Shown: positions 9,823 through 20,191 of the stretch, piece after piece
Numbering within the stretch: position 1 is the stretch's first letter
How the letters are laid out: each line of letters opens with the position of its first letter
Assembly: GCA_003215355.1 (NCBI GenBank)
Contig: QCKL01000001.1
Location: 51,001-115,000, forward strand
From: Prochlorococcus sp. AG-409-O23
GTDB lineage: Bacteria > Cyanobacteriota > Cyanobacteriia > PCC-6307 > Cyanobiaceae
Reading direction: 5' to 3'
DNA: 64,000 nt
Program-made: the position numbers and the translations under genes
The notes under the pieces: generated by a model
Told to the model about the DNA's origin: nothing
The model's database searches: none
What the model saw: the letters and a program-made list of their open reading frames with translations, nothing else

Positions 9823-10710
9823 GTGATGGCACAAGAGAAAAATAGGCTACCTGAAAATTTGCAAGGCCCATTTTTTGTAGACTCAAGCTGCATTAATTGC
9901 GGTACATGCTGGCAATTAGATCCAAAACATTTCGCACCTGCCAAAAATAATTCTTTCGTTCATCAGCAACCTCAAGGAGGAAAAGAGAAACGGCTGGCAA
10001 TACTTGCTATGCAAGATTGCCCTGTTGGAGCTATTGGTGGGCCTAATCAACATTCCAATCTCACGCTTGAGACAGATTTCCCCCTTCCTGTAACAAAGCA
10101 TCCTGCAGGAAATATCTACTATTGCGGATGGAGCGCAAAAAGCAGTTTTGGGGCAAGCAGTTGGTTAATTCTCAGTCCAAGTCACAAAGCCAACGTGATG
10201 ATCGACTCACCTCGCTGGAGCGCCCCTCTTGCTAGACGGATCAAAGGTATGGGAGGCATTCAAACAATGCTGCTCACTCATCGAGATGATGTAGCAGATC
10301 ACGCACATTGGGCCAAAGCTCTTGGATGCAAGAGATGGATTCACAAAAATGATTCTGATGCCGCCCCAACAGTCGAAAACCTTGTCATAGGTAGTGCTGC
10401 TGGAATAAGAATTAGGGAGAGTCTTCAATTAATCCCAACGCCAGGTCATACAGAAGGGTCAATGGTGGTGTTACTAGGAGAACATAGACAAATACTTTTT
10501 AGTGGCGATCACCTTTGGTGGAATAATCAAAAACAAGAGATAGTGGCTTCAAAAAAATACTGCTGGTGGAACTGGCAAGAACAAATTAAGTCTATGCACA
10601 AACTAATGGGTCTTGACATCGCTTGGTTACTGCCTGGCCATGGAAATGCCCATCATTTCCAATCAGGAGAATGGTCAAAAGCACTAAAAAAAACCATTAG
10701 ACACTGTTAA
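9823..10710 (+). CDS. ferredoxin-like domain fused to an MBL-fold metallo-hydrolase
   Basis: N-terminal FFVDSSCINCGTCW cluster motif. MBL-like motifs follow: LLTHRDDVADH, PTPGHTEGS, SGDHLW, LPGHG. Confidence 0.75.
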   Translation: MMAQEKNRLPENLQGPFFVDSSCINCGTCWQLDPKHFAPAKNNSFVHQQPQGGKEKRLAILAMQDCPVGAIGGPNQHSNLTLETDFPLPVTKHPAGNIYYCGWSAKSSFGASSWLILSPSHKANVMIDSPRWSAPLARRIKGMGGIQTMLLTHRDDVADHAHWAKALGCKRWIHKNDSDAAPTVENLVIGSAAGIRIRESLQLIPTPGHTEGSMVVLLGEHRQILFSGDHLWWNNQKQEIVASKKYCWWNWQEQIKSMHKLMGLDIAWLLPGHGNAHHFQSGEWSKALKKTIRHC

Positions 10711-10781
10711 TAGACAAAAGCGTGCTTGATGATTGATAGCAGGTTTGAAATATAAAAGCTTCTCCTACTTGCTTTTTTCTA

Positions 10782-11177
10782 TTGGACTTATATGTTCGAC
10801 TAAATGCAAGGATGACTGTGTACCAAGAACAGATCAGCCTCACCAACTCCAGAATCAGGCTCGCACTAAGGAAAAGAGATTCAAAGACGATTTTCAAGGC
10901 GACTCTTCAGCTTTGCCAAGGTGACCAATTAAAAGCAGATCAACTCTCCGACTGGTTCTCGGCAATTGCCACAAGCTGCAAGTCCAAAGCCAAGATGAAT
11001 ATAGATATATCCATGATGAGAATGTGGCAACTTGGCAACATGGACATCAAGGAGGTCTCATCAGAAGGCAAGCCTAGCTTTGTCTTAACAGTTTCAGGAT
11101 CGGAGAAAATAAAAAATACTCCTAAAGAGAAGTGGTTTGAGGCCCTACTCTGGGACAATAACAAGCAAATTGCATAG
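10782..11177 (+). CDS. hypothetical protein
   Basis: 131-aa ORF with no motif. Start uncertain. Confidence 0.35.
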   Translation: MDLYVRLNARMTVYQEQISLTNSRIRLALRKRDSKTIFKATLQLCQGDQLKADQLSDWFSAIATSCKSKAKMNIDISMMRMWQLGNMDIKEVSSEGKPSFVLTVSGSEKIKNTPKEKWFEALLWDNNKQIA

Positions 11178-11192
11178 GTTAAGTAATCCAGA

Positions 11193-11789
11193 ATGAAGAT
11201 AAATTTCGAAATCAGGGTTAAAAAGAAATTTGTTTATCCAGTTTTATTTGCATTCATCTGCCTAGGTGGATACATATATTTCACTCCATATCTTTCAATA
11301 TATGGATTCAAATCAGCTATTGAAAGTAAAGACACAGAGGAAGCAAGGAAGTATATCGATTTCCCTTCAGTGAGAAGAAGTATGAAAGATCAACTTACTG
11401 AAACATTAACTAAAAGAGTATCTATGGAATTATCAAATGAGCCTTTTGGGGCTCTTAAAGTGGTGGTTATACATCAATTGGTAAGTAGGTTAGTAAATTC
11501 AACTGTAAATTCAACAGTCAATCCAAAAGGCTTGAGATTGCTTATTAACCAAGGACAGTTCTCCTCGCCCAACAGGCAGGTAAATGAAGAGGGTGTGCAA
11601 GACAATTCCTATTCTGATAAGGCCGCAAAAGTCAGCCTTTACTACAAGACCTTAAATCGTTTTGTATTAAGAAGTGACATCCCTAATGTGGCCGAGCCAA
11701 TGAAGGCATATTGGAAGAGAGAAGGGATTCGTGACTGGAGACTAACCTCGATCGAACTTCCTTTTGAACTAATGAGTGATTTAAGATAA
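11193..11789 (+). CDS. DUF2939-like membrane-anchored protein
   Basis: An N-terminal TM helix is followed by YLSIYGFKSAIESKDTEEARKYIDFPSVRRSMKDQL, the signature I associate with DUF2939 (from memory). Confidence 0.55.
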   Translation: MKINFEIRVKKKFVYPVLFAFICLGGYIYFTPYLSIYGFKSAIESKDTEEARKYIDFPSVRRSMKDQLTETLTKRVSMELSNEPFGALKVVVIHQLVSRLVNSTVNSTVNPKGLRLLINQGQFSSPNRQVNEEGVQDNSYSDKAAKVSLYYKTLNRFVLRSDIPNVAEPMKAYWKREGIRDWRLTSIELPFELMSDLR

Positions 11790-11899
11790 ATGTAAATTGA
11801 ATCAACAAGTTCACATATATACGTTTTCCTGATGACTTTAAACACCTAAATATCTTAATCAAATATTAACACTTAAAATAATCCTTAAAGCAGTTAGGA

Positions 11900-12730
11900 T
11901 TAAAATCTAACTGCTTTATTTCCTGTAAGTTTTTTATCAACATCTAGCAAGCCTAATAATCCTTCGGACTCCCTAGAAACAGCTAATTTTATAATTTTAG
12001 CTATTTGCTTATTATCTATTAGATCTGCATAAGAAGAATAACCCATATTATTGAATACATCTTGGACAAGCTCAAAAGTTCTATCACTCAGTGGAGCGAT
12101 ATGATTTCCATGTAATCCAGTATTTTCATCAAACGCAGAAAAAGATGCAGGCATCTGACTCTGGAGGTTTCTCGCAGTCTCGGACTCAAGGCCCCATCTG
12201 GAAGACAATTCATCCAAGAATTTTGTATCTTGCAGACCAAGATTGACCACCTTCTTATCAAGCCTCAAGCTAAATGCCCTATCCAAGGAGGCAATCGAAT
12301 TAGAAATCAACTCTCCAACCCCAAGTCTCCTAAGGGAAGAGTAACTGATAATTGAAAAGTTAGCTTTGTTTAGCAAGGAAAGGTTCAAAGTTTTAAATTC
12401 TGCTCGATAACCCCAAAGGACAAAATTAATCGCTTCAATCACAGTTTTTGAATTAATATTTCTAATATTATTTATTCGGACAAAAGAAGCAATTTGCTCC
12501 AGCAAAGGCCTTTGAACTGAAAGTATAAGACAATTATTATTCAGCACAGAAGCTTCTATAGGCTTTTCCTCAAACAAAGACGGATGAAACTTCTGGAAAT
12601 CAAAGCAGTTATCAACTATTTGCTTTTTACTTACAAGAAATTCGATAGAAGCTTTATAGATATTATATTGTTTTGTCGAGCCAGTACGCGGCCTAGAGAA
12701 ACTGATTATTGTATACATTGTATATATCAA
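11900..12730 (-). CDS. hypothetical protein (AT-rich accessory gene)
   Basis: 276-aa ORF, very AT-rich, with no motif I recognise. Confidence 0.5.
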   Translation of the reverse strand: MIYTMYTIISFSRPRTGSTKQYNIYKASIEFLVSKKQIVDNCFDFQKFHPSLFEEKPIEASVLNNNCLILSVQRPLLEQIASFVRINNIRNINSKTVIEAINFVLWGYRAEFKTLNLSLLNKANFSIISYSSLRRLGVGELISNSIASLDRAFSLRLDKKVVNLGLQDTKFLDELSSRWGLESETARNLQSQMPASFSAFDENTGLHGNHIAPLSDRTFELVQDVFNNMGYSSYADLIDNKQIAKIIKLAVSRESEGLLGLLDVDKKLTGNKAVRF

Positions 12731-13060
12731 TCTATTAAGAGCAAGTTCCGATTACCCATTGGGAAAAGAAGCAAAATTTTATTGAGAAAAGCTAAGCTAG
12801 CTTAATAATTATATCGTGATCTCCAGAAAAATATATCAAATCGCCTATTTATGTTTCATTTAATGATGCAGTTCAATGATTTATTGAGATGTTGGAGCCA
12901 GTCTTTAGCCAGTCTTCTGCTTCTTTAGCCTAAAGTCTTATTAGGAATTTATTGGAAATAAACTAATTAATAAGTATCATCCACCAACGCCATCCAATAT
13001 TAATAGATTCTGCTATTGCGTAAAGTTAGTGCTAGGAATAGAGATAGATCAGCTATTAAT

Positions 13061-13699
13061 TTGTGCGGCCGCTACCAGTTAACCACTTCTTTAGAGCTAC
13101 TTCCGCCAAAGCTAAAAGAAAATCTTCGATTAAATTATATAAATCACTATGAGCGACAACCTCTCATGAGACCAAATGATCCAGTCTTAGTTCTTAAACA
13201 AGAAAACTCAAGTCAAAGTGCTTCGTTAATGCTTTGGGGACTCCTACCTGAATGGAGCAAAGATCCATTGATCAGGCCTAGACCATTCAATGCAAGAGCA
13301 GAGACAATTGCTTTTAAATCAACTTTTCGCGGGGGATGAAGGCATCGAAGGTGTTTGCTGCCTGCAAGTGGTTTCTTTGAAAAAGATCATTTAGTTAAAA
13401 GACACGACTCAAAAGCCTTTTGACTAGGAGGGATATGGGAAAGATGGTTAGGAGATGACAGGAGTGAAGTTAAAAGTTGTTGTGTGCTTACAACTCAGCC
13501 GAATGAACTCATAAAGCCACTTCACAATCGCATGCCAGTAATAATTCCAGAAGGTCTAGAAGAGATCTGGATGTCTCCAACGGATAATGTTGCGCTTAGA
13601 GCACTAGCGCCATTGCTTAATAGTTGGGATTCAAACGGTTGGATAAGCGAGCCATGTAAGAAGCAAACATCATTTAATATGCAGATGGAATTGTTCTAA
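13061..13699 (+). pseudogene. SOS-response-associated peptidase (SRAP/YedK, DUF159) interrupted by two in-frame TGA codons
   Basis: TTG at 13061 is followed directly by CGRYQL (the Met-Cys2 nucleophile). A single frame reads ...LMLWGLLPEWSKDP...FNARAETIAFKSTFRGG*RHRRCLLPASGFFEK...KAF*LGGIWERW...CCVLTTQPNELIKPLHNRMPVIIP, with stops at 13337-13339 and 13421-13423. Confidence 0.8.
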
Positions 13700-13757
13700 C
13701 AATTCGAAATTATAAAAACTCATAATTAAGTAAAAAAAGCAACCCTGACAAATAAGA

Positions 13758-14021
13758 ATGAACTATTTAAGCACAATGGCTTATGGACATGAGGACGCAA
13801 TGACTTCCATGGTTTTTGATGGCTATCAAGAAGCTTTTGAAAATATCAAATATGCCAATAATCATCACAAGAATTCGAAGAAAGAACAGCCTAAACAAGG
13901 GCCCAAAATAGAAGAGATAGGTTGTATAAAAAAAGAAGAAATCCTTTGCAAATATTGTTTACGCACAACAAGCAATGGCATCAGATGCTTAGGGATGTGT
14001 GTCGCCGATAGTGAATATTAG
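13758..14021 (+). CDS. hypothetical protein with Cys-rich C-terminus
   Basis: 87 aa. The C-terminus is GCIKKEEILCKYCLRTTSNGIRCLGMCVADSEY, with five Cys and a possible zinc-ribbon-like fold. Confidence 0.45.
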   Translation: MNYLSTMAYGHEDAMTSMVFDGYQEAFENIKYANNHHKNSKKEQPKQGPKIEEIGCIKKEEILCKYCLRTTSNGIRCLGMCVADSEY

Positions 14022-14122
14022 ACCAATTGTAGTGCCTACAGATTCAGATGATAATTCTAGATAAGCGCTAAAGATTTTTCAGAAGTTAGTTAAAAGCAAA
14101 CTCTTGAAGTTAAAGTCGAAGA

Positions 14123-15226
14123 TCATTTTTCAAATTTTTCTGACAAAGCTTTCTTCCTAGATCTAGATGCTGCATATATTGCCATTTCTTCAATCTCTCT
14201 GTAAGGAGGTAAATAGCAGTCTAAAAAACTTTGAGAGGAATCTGTCTCAGCAACCAATCCTATTCTTATACAAAATGAATACAACAGACGAATTACATCT
14301 TTATCAACATTGCCTGTAAAACCTTTTGAAATGAACCATGCTAATTTGTAAAAGGCATAGAAGGCTGAATCTTGTTTTAGATGCCTTGCTGGATGAGCTG
14401 AAAAGTTTCTACTAAATCCCTTGGGATCCCATCCTCTTACAACTGATGGCTTAGCTTCTAATTGAAAATTATAGCGAGTGGCAAGTAAGTAAAGAAGCCC
14501 AAAATGCTCTTCTTCTCTATAAATATTTAATGAATTTGCTTCAGCCCATGAAATTGTATATAACCCAGAAAATCCTCCAACTAATCTAACATAACTTGTT
14601 CTATAAATAATAGAAGAGTATGAAGTAACGAAACTGCTGCTTGGAGTTGAATGGCGGAGATTAAAGGCAAGGCTTCTTCCACCTATTTTTAAATCATTTG
14701 TTATTCCTTTTATCTTTGAATCACCAATATTATATGCATAAGTTTTTTCTGGTTCGATAAACTTAGCTCTCTCACCTTCCAGTCGATACATTACCCAATA
14801 TCCATGAGCAGGGATTCCATTCTCGTCCCAAAACCAACTTGGCTCAGTAATAGCATTTCCATAGAAAGCAGCAAGGCTATTATCTTCTATCAGCGAAGTC
14901 AAAGCTCTTTCATAAAAATCATCGCGAATCAACCAATCATCATGCTCCATGAAGGCAAAAAAATCATCTTCAACCTGATTAAACAGCCATTGTTTATTAG
15001 ATAAAACACCCAAATTAGTCGCCTGCCTGACCAACCTTAAATCATTAAAAAATTTACTAAATTTAAAAATCTCTTCTCTATTTATCAATTCAGGGGAATT
15101 ATCATCAGAGATTATTATCAATAGATTTGCCGCAATTGTTTGTTCACTTAAAGTCTCTAGAGCCCTAATAAGAGAATCAGTATTGTTATAAGCAGGAATT
15201 AATATAGTTAGAGATTGAGCACTCAT
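14123..15226 (-). CDS. family 2 glycosyltransferase
   Basis: N-terminal LTILIPAYNNTDSLIRALETLSEQT...IIISDDNSPE, the GT-A fold signature with a DD motif. AT-rich. Confidence 0.8.
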   Translation of the reverse strand: MSAQSLTILIPAYNNTDSLIRALETLSEQTIAANLLIIISDDNSPELINREEIFKFSKFFNDLRLVRQATNLGVLSNKQWLFNQVEDDFFAFMEHDDWLIRDDFYERALTSLIEDNSLAAFYGNAITEPSWFWDENGIPAHGYWVMYRLEGERAKFIEPEKTYAYNIGDSKIKGITNDLKIGGRSLAFNLRHSTPSSSFVTSYSSIIYRTSYVRLVGGFSGLYTISWAEANSLNIYREEEHFGLLYLLATRYNFQLEAKPSVVRGWDPKGFSRNFSAHPARHLKQDSAFYAFYKLAWFISKGFTGNVDKDVIRLLYSFCIRIGLVAETDSSQSFLDCYLPPYREIEEMAIYAASRSRKKALSEKFEK

Positions 15227-15566
15227 AGATCAAGAGTTAATTTTCAATTAAACCCACACGTCCAAATCCTAATATATGAGCTGAATCTAATTGGGATCAT
15301 AGGGCAATCAAAGATTGAATCCTTAACTTTGAGAGAATAGAGCAAGCGCTCCCTAAATAGAGGGCGAAGCAATGAGCAAAAGCAGCTTGAAGCATCTTCC
15401 GCCAGAGAGCCGCAGCATGTAATGCACTTCAAAAAGTTGTTCGTAAGTCAATCTTAAACAAGATGAAGGCAAGCACTGAGCCTATTAGATGATGTTTCTG
15501 TATGTCCACTTAGATACTTACAAATATCATCCAAAGCCATCTCTTCTTTTTTCGAAATAATGCGCA

Positions 15567-15821
15567 TCAGCCAATGCCAAAAGGCTTAAAATGTTTAGGC
15601 TGGGATTGACTAAGGTCATTGTTAGCCAGCTTAATCAGATATCCATTAAATTCTTTTTTGGAAACACCTAAATCATTAACAAATTCCTCAAAAACAGTAG
15701 CCGCAACAAATTTAGCCAGATCTTCTTTTGAAACTGACATAACTTCTTTAAAAAGACCTGAAAAGATTAGGCCCCTCACCATCTCTTTAGCTGTAATCTC
15801 AGCAGCACTTTCTGGAGACAC
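15567..15821 (-). CDS. hypothetical protein
   Basis: 84-aa ORF. An antisense ORF of similar length makes the strand uncertain. Confidence 0.35.
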   Translation of the reverse strand: MSPESAAEITAKEMVRGLIFSGLFKEVMSVSKEDLAKFVAATVFEEFVNDLGVSKKEFNGYLIKLANNDLSQSQPKHFKPFGIG

Positions 15822-16453
15822 TCCTTCCTAAAGAGACAAGAAAAAGCTTCCTGAAAAATCATTTACAACATCTGAGATTGCCGATATAAAATTAGTATTT
15901 ATTGCGAATACTTCTAGTGGAGAAAATACAAAAATGATGCAAATTATTAATAAAAAGATTACCGACAAGCATTTTCTCTGCCAATCTTGAATAATCCTCA
16001 TTCTTGTAGCCACTAGGGCTTACTACAAAAAAACTACGCTGAATTTCATTAAGATGCTGGAATGTCTAATAAGAGCTAGAAAGTCATAGGAGATAAAGGC
16101 TCTATAGCCAAATGGGATTTCCACACTGTCCTATATGCATAGGTCTAGCAATGTTATCTATTCTTATTGTTGGTACTAGGAGCCTATCCATTTGGAAACT
16201 GTTAACAAAAGCTCCGGAAACAAAAATGATCTAGTTCTAGCCTGCCAATAAGGCTAATGGCCAATAGGGATCAAAGGGATTACAAGGAATCCAACTGCTG
16301 CTGCAAATACTGCAGAGATTGCAATAGCGACTAAGCCTGGAACCATTCCACTGCCTTCTTCACTCATAACTAAGGGTGAATAACAATGCAATAAATCTAG
16401 GGAGTCAAAGAACTCAATGGCGGATATCTATGGCCTTCTGATCAAATGGACAC

Positions 16454-17530
16454 TTAACAATTTATCTTTTCCACATTGATCAGGGTCTCACCCAGCAGTT
16501 CTCTTAAGAGTGCAAGCTCCTCTTTGCTGCCTAACGCAATTAAAAGCTGTCCAGGGCCTATCTCAACATCCCTCCCAGGATTTGCTATCAAATTTGCACC
16601 ATCCCTTATCGCTAAAACCATTGCTCCACTTTGACGGCCTAACTCCAATCCAGAAAGGCTTCGATTCTCTAAACTGTTGAACTTATTCAAATCACTAGTC
16701 AACAAGAATTCTTCGATTTCACATTGCGATCCAGCTAATAAATCCATGAAATCAACTGCAATTGGTCGCAATGCTGTAGCAGCCATAGTTCTACCTGCTG
16801 CCACGTAAGGGCTAACAACCACACTCGCTCCTGCCAACTTGAGCTTATTAGCCGCCTCTTCACTTTCTGCTCTAGCTATTAAACGACTTTTAGGGCTCAG
16901 CCCCCTTGCACTTAAAACAACATAGAGATTCGCAGCATCATTAGGCAATGCCACGACAAGACTCTTGCAATGCGTTATTCCTGCCATGAGCAATGTCTCA
17001 TCCTGAGTTGCATCAGCAAGTAATACCTTGAAACCCTTCTCTTCTGCTGCGTTCTTTCTTGAAGCATCCAATTCCACAATAAGCGTCTGAACTCCCTGGG
17101 AATAAAGCTGTTCAGCAATCTCTTTGCCTATACGACCAAAGCCACAAAGAATTACGTGATCTTGCATGCTACGAAGCATACGGCGAAAACGTAACTCACT
17201 CATTTTGCGAAAGTATCCCGATTCAAAAAGTCGAAGTAATCGTTGAAGTGTTAACTGAACTACTACAAGCCCACCACCAATTATCAAAACAGTTACTACT
17301 CTTCCCGCTGCACTCAGCGGTTCAACTTCGCCGAATCCAATAGTACTAATTGTAATAAGCACCATCCAAAGGCAGTCACCCCAATCCCAACCCTCAGTAA
17401 GTCGATAGCCAAAAGCCCCTAGCAAAAGCAGTGCTGTCAAAGAGAGAATGGGACCAAACCATGGCTTGGCAAGGTCCCTAATCATTAGGCATTTAGGAAT
17501 TGATCCCCTCATGAATAGCAGTGTTATCAA
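16454..17530 (-). CDS. potassium channel protein with RCK/TrkA domains
   Basis: Pore helix and filter (WMVLITISTIGFGEV), TrkA-N Rossmann motif (VILCGFGRIGKEIAEQL) and a C-terminal TrkA-C-like region. The start may be an internal Met. Confidence 0.8.
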   Translation of the reverse strand: MITLLFMRGSIPKCLMIRDLAKPWFGPILSLTALLLLGAFGYRLTEGWDWGDCLWMVLITISTIGFGEVEPLSAAGRVVTVLIIGGGLVVVQLTLQRLLRLFESGYFRKMSELRFRRMLRSMQDHVILCGFGRIGKEIAEQLYSQGVQTLIVELDASRKNAAEEKGFKVLLADATQDETLLMAGITHCKSLVVALPNDAANLYVVLSARGLSPKSRLIARAESEEAANKLKLAGASVVVSPYVAAGRTMAATALRPIAVDFMDLLAGSQCEIEEFLLTSDLNKFNSLENRSLSGLELGRQSGAMVLAIRDGANLIANPGRDVEIGPGQLLIALGSKEELALLRELLGETLINVEKINC

Positions 17531-17857
17531 ACAACAATCTCAAGCCACAACAAGCTGCCTAAAGCTTAAGGGGGCAAGGGCACAGAAAAGTTCAAAGCAA
17601 TGAGAAAGTTTAAACCAAATTAACGCTGTGCCAATAACACATTCTAAATGCAAGCGTGTATAGCAATTGTTCTTAGATGGTCATTTTTTTCTTCTATTAA
17701 AAGTTAAAAATAAATTTGTGTAGGCAGCTACAACTAAAAGGAATAAGCAAGCTGAATTAAAATTCATTTAGAGGTTATAGGGTGAAATGATAAGGAGAAG
17801 CTCCAAAGATATTGAGCTTAAGTTTTTGGACTATAGTTCAGCATTATTCAAAAGGCT

Positions 17858-19054
17858 TTAATTATTTCCCTTTAATGAAAAAGAGAGCTCTTCTTGAAGG
17901 ACTCTAACAAGTTTAAGTGCAGAAGTTTCCCAAGAGAATCTCTTCTGAATTAAACCTGCATTTTTAGCTGCCTCAGAAGAAACAGTATGCCAATTCTCTT
18001 TTATATTAATCATTTGTGCAGCCAAATGGTCAACACTAGGCTTAGCCCAAAAGGCATCCCTACCATCATTAAAGTGATGGAACTCCAAATATCTTGGATC
18101 AGATATCCTTTCTTTATTAAAACTAATCCTAGAAAATGATTGATTACAATGTTTTAAGTACTCAGTGTGGCCACTATAATAAGTTGAAATAAAAGGAGTT
18201 CCACAAGATATCGCTTCAATCAGTGGTAGACCCCATGCTTCGCCCTTACTTGGGAATACAAAGCAATGACTTTTCCTATACAAGTCAGCAATTACTTCTG
18301 GCCTAAGATAACTTCCAGGAGGATTAGAGCTAATTAGTTGTATCTGACTCCCTCGATCATCTGGTATTAAATCATAAACTTTTTGATATACCTTTTCCTG
18401 GGCAGTATTCATGTAACTAGGGTCATCTAATCGCAAAATCAATTTAACCGTAGAGTCTTTACTGAATGCAGAAATAAAAGCAAGAATTATTTCTTCATAG
18501 CTCTTTCTAATTTCAAACTTTCCAATCGCTAAAAAAGTAAATTTGTTTTCAGCCTCAAAACTATCAACTCGTCCATTGTTATGAAAAATCAATGGGTCAA
18601 CACCTTCAGGTACAACTCGAATGCTTTTGGTTTTTAGATCACTCTTTAAAATTTCCGCTCCCCATTGTGATGGAGTCATTACCAAATCAAATTTAAGAAG
18701 ATTTTCTCTCCAGCCTGAAGGAAGTATGTCTGATTCGAATACTGTGTATATTACCTTTTTCCCAGGCATATCAGGCAATAATTTACAGCTAATTCCATCA
18801 CCCAAAAAGATATTGACAAAGACAGCATCTCCTCCTTTATTGTTCATATTCGCTATATTTTTACTTAATGAGAAGCTATCTTTTAAGTCCGAAATCAACA
18901 GCTCAAAGCCTAGCTTTGACTGAAGCTTTACAAGTTGTTGAGATAGATTATGAGAATGAACGCCAATACCAGTTGGCTCTGAAGGCCTACACAATATATG
19001 AATGATTAACTTAACTGAAGCTCTCAACAAAAAATGAATAGATGGCCCAAACAA
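17858..19054 (-). CDS. family 4 (group 1) glycosyltransferase
   Basis: C-terminal GT-B signature: FVFPSKGEAWGLPLIEAISCGTPFIST. AT-rich. Confidence 0.8.
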   Translation of the reverse strand: MFGPSIHFLLRASVKLIIHILCRPSEPTGIGVHSHNLSQQLVKLQSKLGFELLISDLKDSFSLSKNIANMNNKGGDAVFVNIFLGDGISCKLLPDMPGKKVIYTVFESDILPSGWRENLLKFDLVMTPSQWGAEILKSDLKTKSIRVVPEGVDPLIFHNNGRVDSFEAENKFTFLAIGKFEIRKSYEEIILAFISAFSKDSTVKLILRLDDPSYMNTAQEKVYQKVYDLIPDDRGSQIQLISSNPPGSYLRPEVIADLYRKSHCFVFPSKGEAWGLPLIEAISCGTPFISTYYSGHTEYLKHCNQSFSRISFNKERISDPRYLEFHHFNDGRDAFWAKPSVDHLAAQMINIKENWHTVSSEAAKNAGLIQKRFSWETSALKLVRVLQEELSFSLKGNN

Positions 19055-19209
19055 GAGTATCTCACTCTCTTTAAACTTATTTTATTCATTACAAATTTGC
19101 AATATCTCCGCTCCCTTATTAAAGGCAAGAATTTTAATTTCTAACGTAATAATAGTTCTATCAGAGAACTCAGTGTATTTAAAAGCTTGCCGGTAAACTT
19201 TTCTTTGAA

Positions 19210-19704
19210 TTGGTCAACAGCCTAAACAACTTCTGGTCTTGCTTAAAGATGACAGGTAATTGGCTACGCCTTGATGACCTATCGGTCAAAGGTAAAAAAC
19301 CTTGGTTCAAAAAAACCGCTGCGATTGTCCTGACAATTCTCAGTGTACTAATTTCTGGATGCATCTACTTTCCACTACTTATTGGAATCTTTCAGGGGGT
19401 TAAAGCTTTCTGGATTCCATCTTTGGTTGCCTGTTTCTACTACTTCTTCTGGAGTTATCCAAGACAACTTGCCGCAATAATTACGGCCGTTCTTATATGG
19501 GTAGTAATTGGCCCAGGCATTGCAGGAGTTTGGATCTGGGGACTTTTAAAGATCTTTTCTTTGACTGGAGGAGATTGGTTGGCAAGCATCATTTTGGCTT
19601 TGATTTGGACAACTGGTCCGATTGCCCTAGGCAAGAAAATATTAGATAAATTTGGAATCATTGCTATAGCAAAGAGAATATTAAAAAAAAGATTTATTAA
19701 ATAG
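19210..19704 (+). CDS. hypothetical multi-pass membrane protein
   Basis: 164 aa with about four hydrophobic helices. Confidence 0.5.
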   Translation: MVNSLNNFWSCLKMTGNWLRLDDLSVKGKKPWFKKTAAIVLTILSVLISGCIYFPLLIGIFQGVKAFWIPSLVACFYYFFWSYPRQLAAIITAVLIWVVIGPGIAGVWIWGLLKIFSLTGGDWLASIILALIWTTGPIALGKKILDKFGIIAIAKRILKKRFIK

Positions 19705-19795
19705 AGCTTCCTTTTGGCAAAATATAAATACAGCAGGAAATGAAATCAAAAAGGACCGAGTCCAACTTGTCATTAAGCAACTATGAAATTCGAGT

Positions 19796-19828
19796 AAAAA
19801 CGCCCTCAAGATATATCAAGGGCGTTTT
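19796..19828. terminator. bidirectional rho-independent terminator
   Basis: AAAAA-CGCCCT-(12-nt loop)-AGGGCG-TTTT. The stem is flanked by an A-run and a T-run, so it can terminate on either strand. Confidence 0.55.
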
Positions 19829-20131
19829 GCTGGCGCTCAAAGACCGACTGATCCCCATCACCCGGCCACGAAGCTACATTAGGGAGTGTCAAGGGCTAAG
19901 CGCCTATTTCGTCACACTAGATATAGATTTGACTTTACTTTTCTTCAACTACCTACACCAGCTGTAGCAGGGGGGGGGTTAGCTATGCAATGGATTGAAA
20001 AATGTTTTCCCCATCTTTCTGATCCCATTTATCTCGCAAAACTTTTTATGCGTTTTCCCCAGATTTTTTGAACTGAAAGACTTTTCAGAGCTATCCAGAT
20101 TTTTGCCGACATTATTTATTTTAAATAACCC

Positions 20132-20161
20132 AAAAAAAAGCCCCGTCTTTTTAGACGAGGC
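20132..20161 (-). terminator. rho-independent terminator of pcb
   Basis: On the minus strand, GCCTCGTC-loop-GACGGGGC (7 of 8 pairs) is followed by T8, about 30 nt after the pcb stop. Confidence 0.7.
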
Positions 20162-20191
20162 TTCGAATAGTTTGCTAAGCAAACTTGCTGA

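Noticed and set aside
13337-13423. The two TGA codons in the SRAP gene as selenocysteine or a reassigned codon
   Set aside because: I could see no SECIS-like hairpin after either TGA. TGA clearly acts as a stop in many neighbouring genes. Both sites are explained by single TGG-to-TGA transitions. Leaky read-through remains possible and is noted in the finding.
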